A stretch of 64,000 nucleotides of DNA, from NCBI GenBank assembly GCA_039815375.1, contig JBCBZJ010000008.1, positions 48,393 to 112,392 on the forward strand, written 5' to 3'. A program made the translations under genes and the position numbers. This document shows, one piece after another, positions 63,509 through 64,000 of this stretch. The notes below the pieces were generated by a model. It had not been told where the DNA came from. It made no database searches and saw nothing but the letters and a program-made list of their open reading frames with translations. This DNA comes from Verrucomicrobiota bacterium. Lineage in GTDB: Bacteria; Verrucomicrobiota; Verrucomicrobiia; Opitutales; Coraliomargaritaceae. Positions within the stretch are counted from its first letter, which is position 1. Every line of letters begins with the position of its first letter.

Positions 63509-63643
63509 CTAGTCTGTGTTTTCCGAGGAAAAAGACATCCTCAGAGCCATCAAGCGAGTCTGCTTCCAACCAGGATTAGACTTCTTTAGCAGAGCTTTTA
63601 CCTTCTGCCGATCTGCTGGTTCGCCGAGCCGTTGTCGTTTCAT
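63509..63643 (-). pseudogene. Possible IS630-like transposase N-terminal remnant
   Basis: MKRQRLGEPADRQKVKALLKKSNPGWKQTRLMALRMSFSSENTD; resemblance from recall only. Confidence 0.3.
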
Positions 63644-63854
63644 TTAACACAGTTCATAGAATTGACATATAAACGGTAATATTATTTCGAATCGCTACGC
63701 GCCCAAAGTGTTCCCAAGACTGAGGTAAAATACTTGTGGATTGTTGAGAGAACACCAAAACGGTAAAAGTCGGGTAGAAGATAATGCCCAAGAGACAAAT
63801 GCATAATACGATTTTGCTGCTCTCTGCAGTCTGATTTCTGTTCTCCAATTTTTA

Positions 63855-64000
63855 CTATTCAGTCTTCACTTTCAAGAAGGCTTGGTCGTAATCTTTCGAA
63901 ATCAAGATCTCATAACGCATTTCCTCTACTTCACCAGCGGGTTGACCCTGTGTTTGCACGATATTGGTCAGTGTTTTGCTGGGCAAAATATCCGTGTGAG
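63855..64000 (-). CDS. 3' end of a gene running off the window
   Basis: Open frame from the edge ending ...RYEILISKDYDQAFLKVKTE-stop. Confidence 0.55.
   Translation of the reverse strand, partial: HTDILPSKTLTNIVQTQGQPAGEVEEMRYEILISKDYDQAFLKVKTE

Overview
Bacterial chromosome segment, inferred to be Verrucomicrobia (Opitutales/Coraliomargarita-like) from gene content and protein features; no database search was run. It is probably origin-proximal: mnmE-mnmG (with two perfect parS palindromes inside mnmG), a PhoB/PhoR-like pair, trmB and the atpBEFHAGDC operon. Directly after atpC is a ~5.7 kb island with no integrase gene. It contains a diverged second copy of the atpC 3' end plus terminator, four structurally conserved GTAG-type REPs, three PIN toxin-antitoxin pairs, and a two-gene candidate defence system: a nuclease-DGQHR-HEPN fusion coupled to a Dam-family methyltransferase, with tandem GATC repeats at its promoter. 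Next come mscS, phasin/ubiB, rny, a metal-uptake region (CxxC/polyproline leader ORF, His/Met-rich outer-membrane protein, TonB receptor, unannotated TonB-receptor remnant) and tyrA-aroA-cmk-plsC-purM. A major type IV pilin is followed by ~14.5 kb of GT-C/GT2/GtrA/methyltransferase genes (candidate pilin glycosylation locus). The remainder holds an ECF sigma operon with a catalytically dead HtrA, gcvT with a fused gcvPA-PB, a DUF4139-like gene and an AT-rich, partly decayed island at the right edge. No rRNA, tRNA or CRISPR array was recognised.
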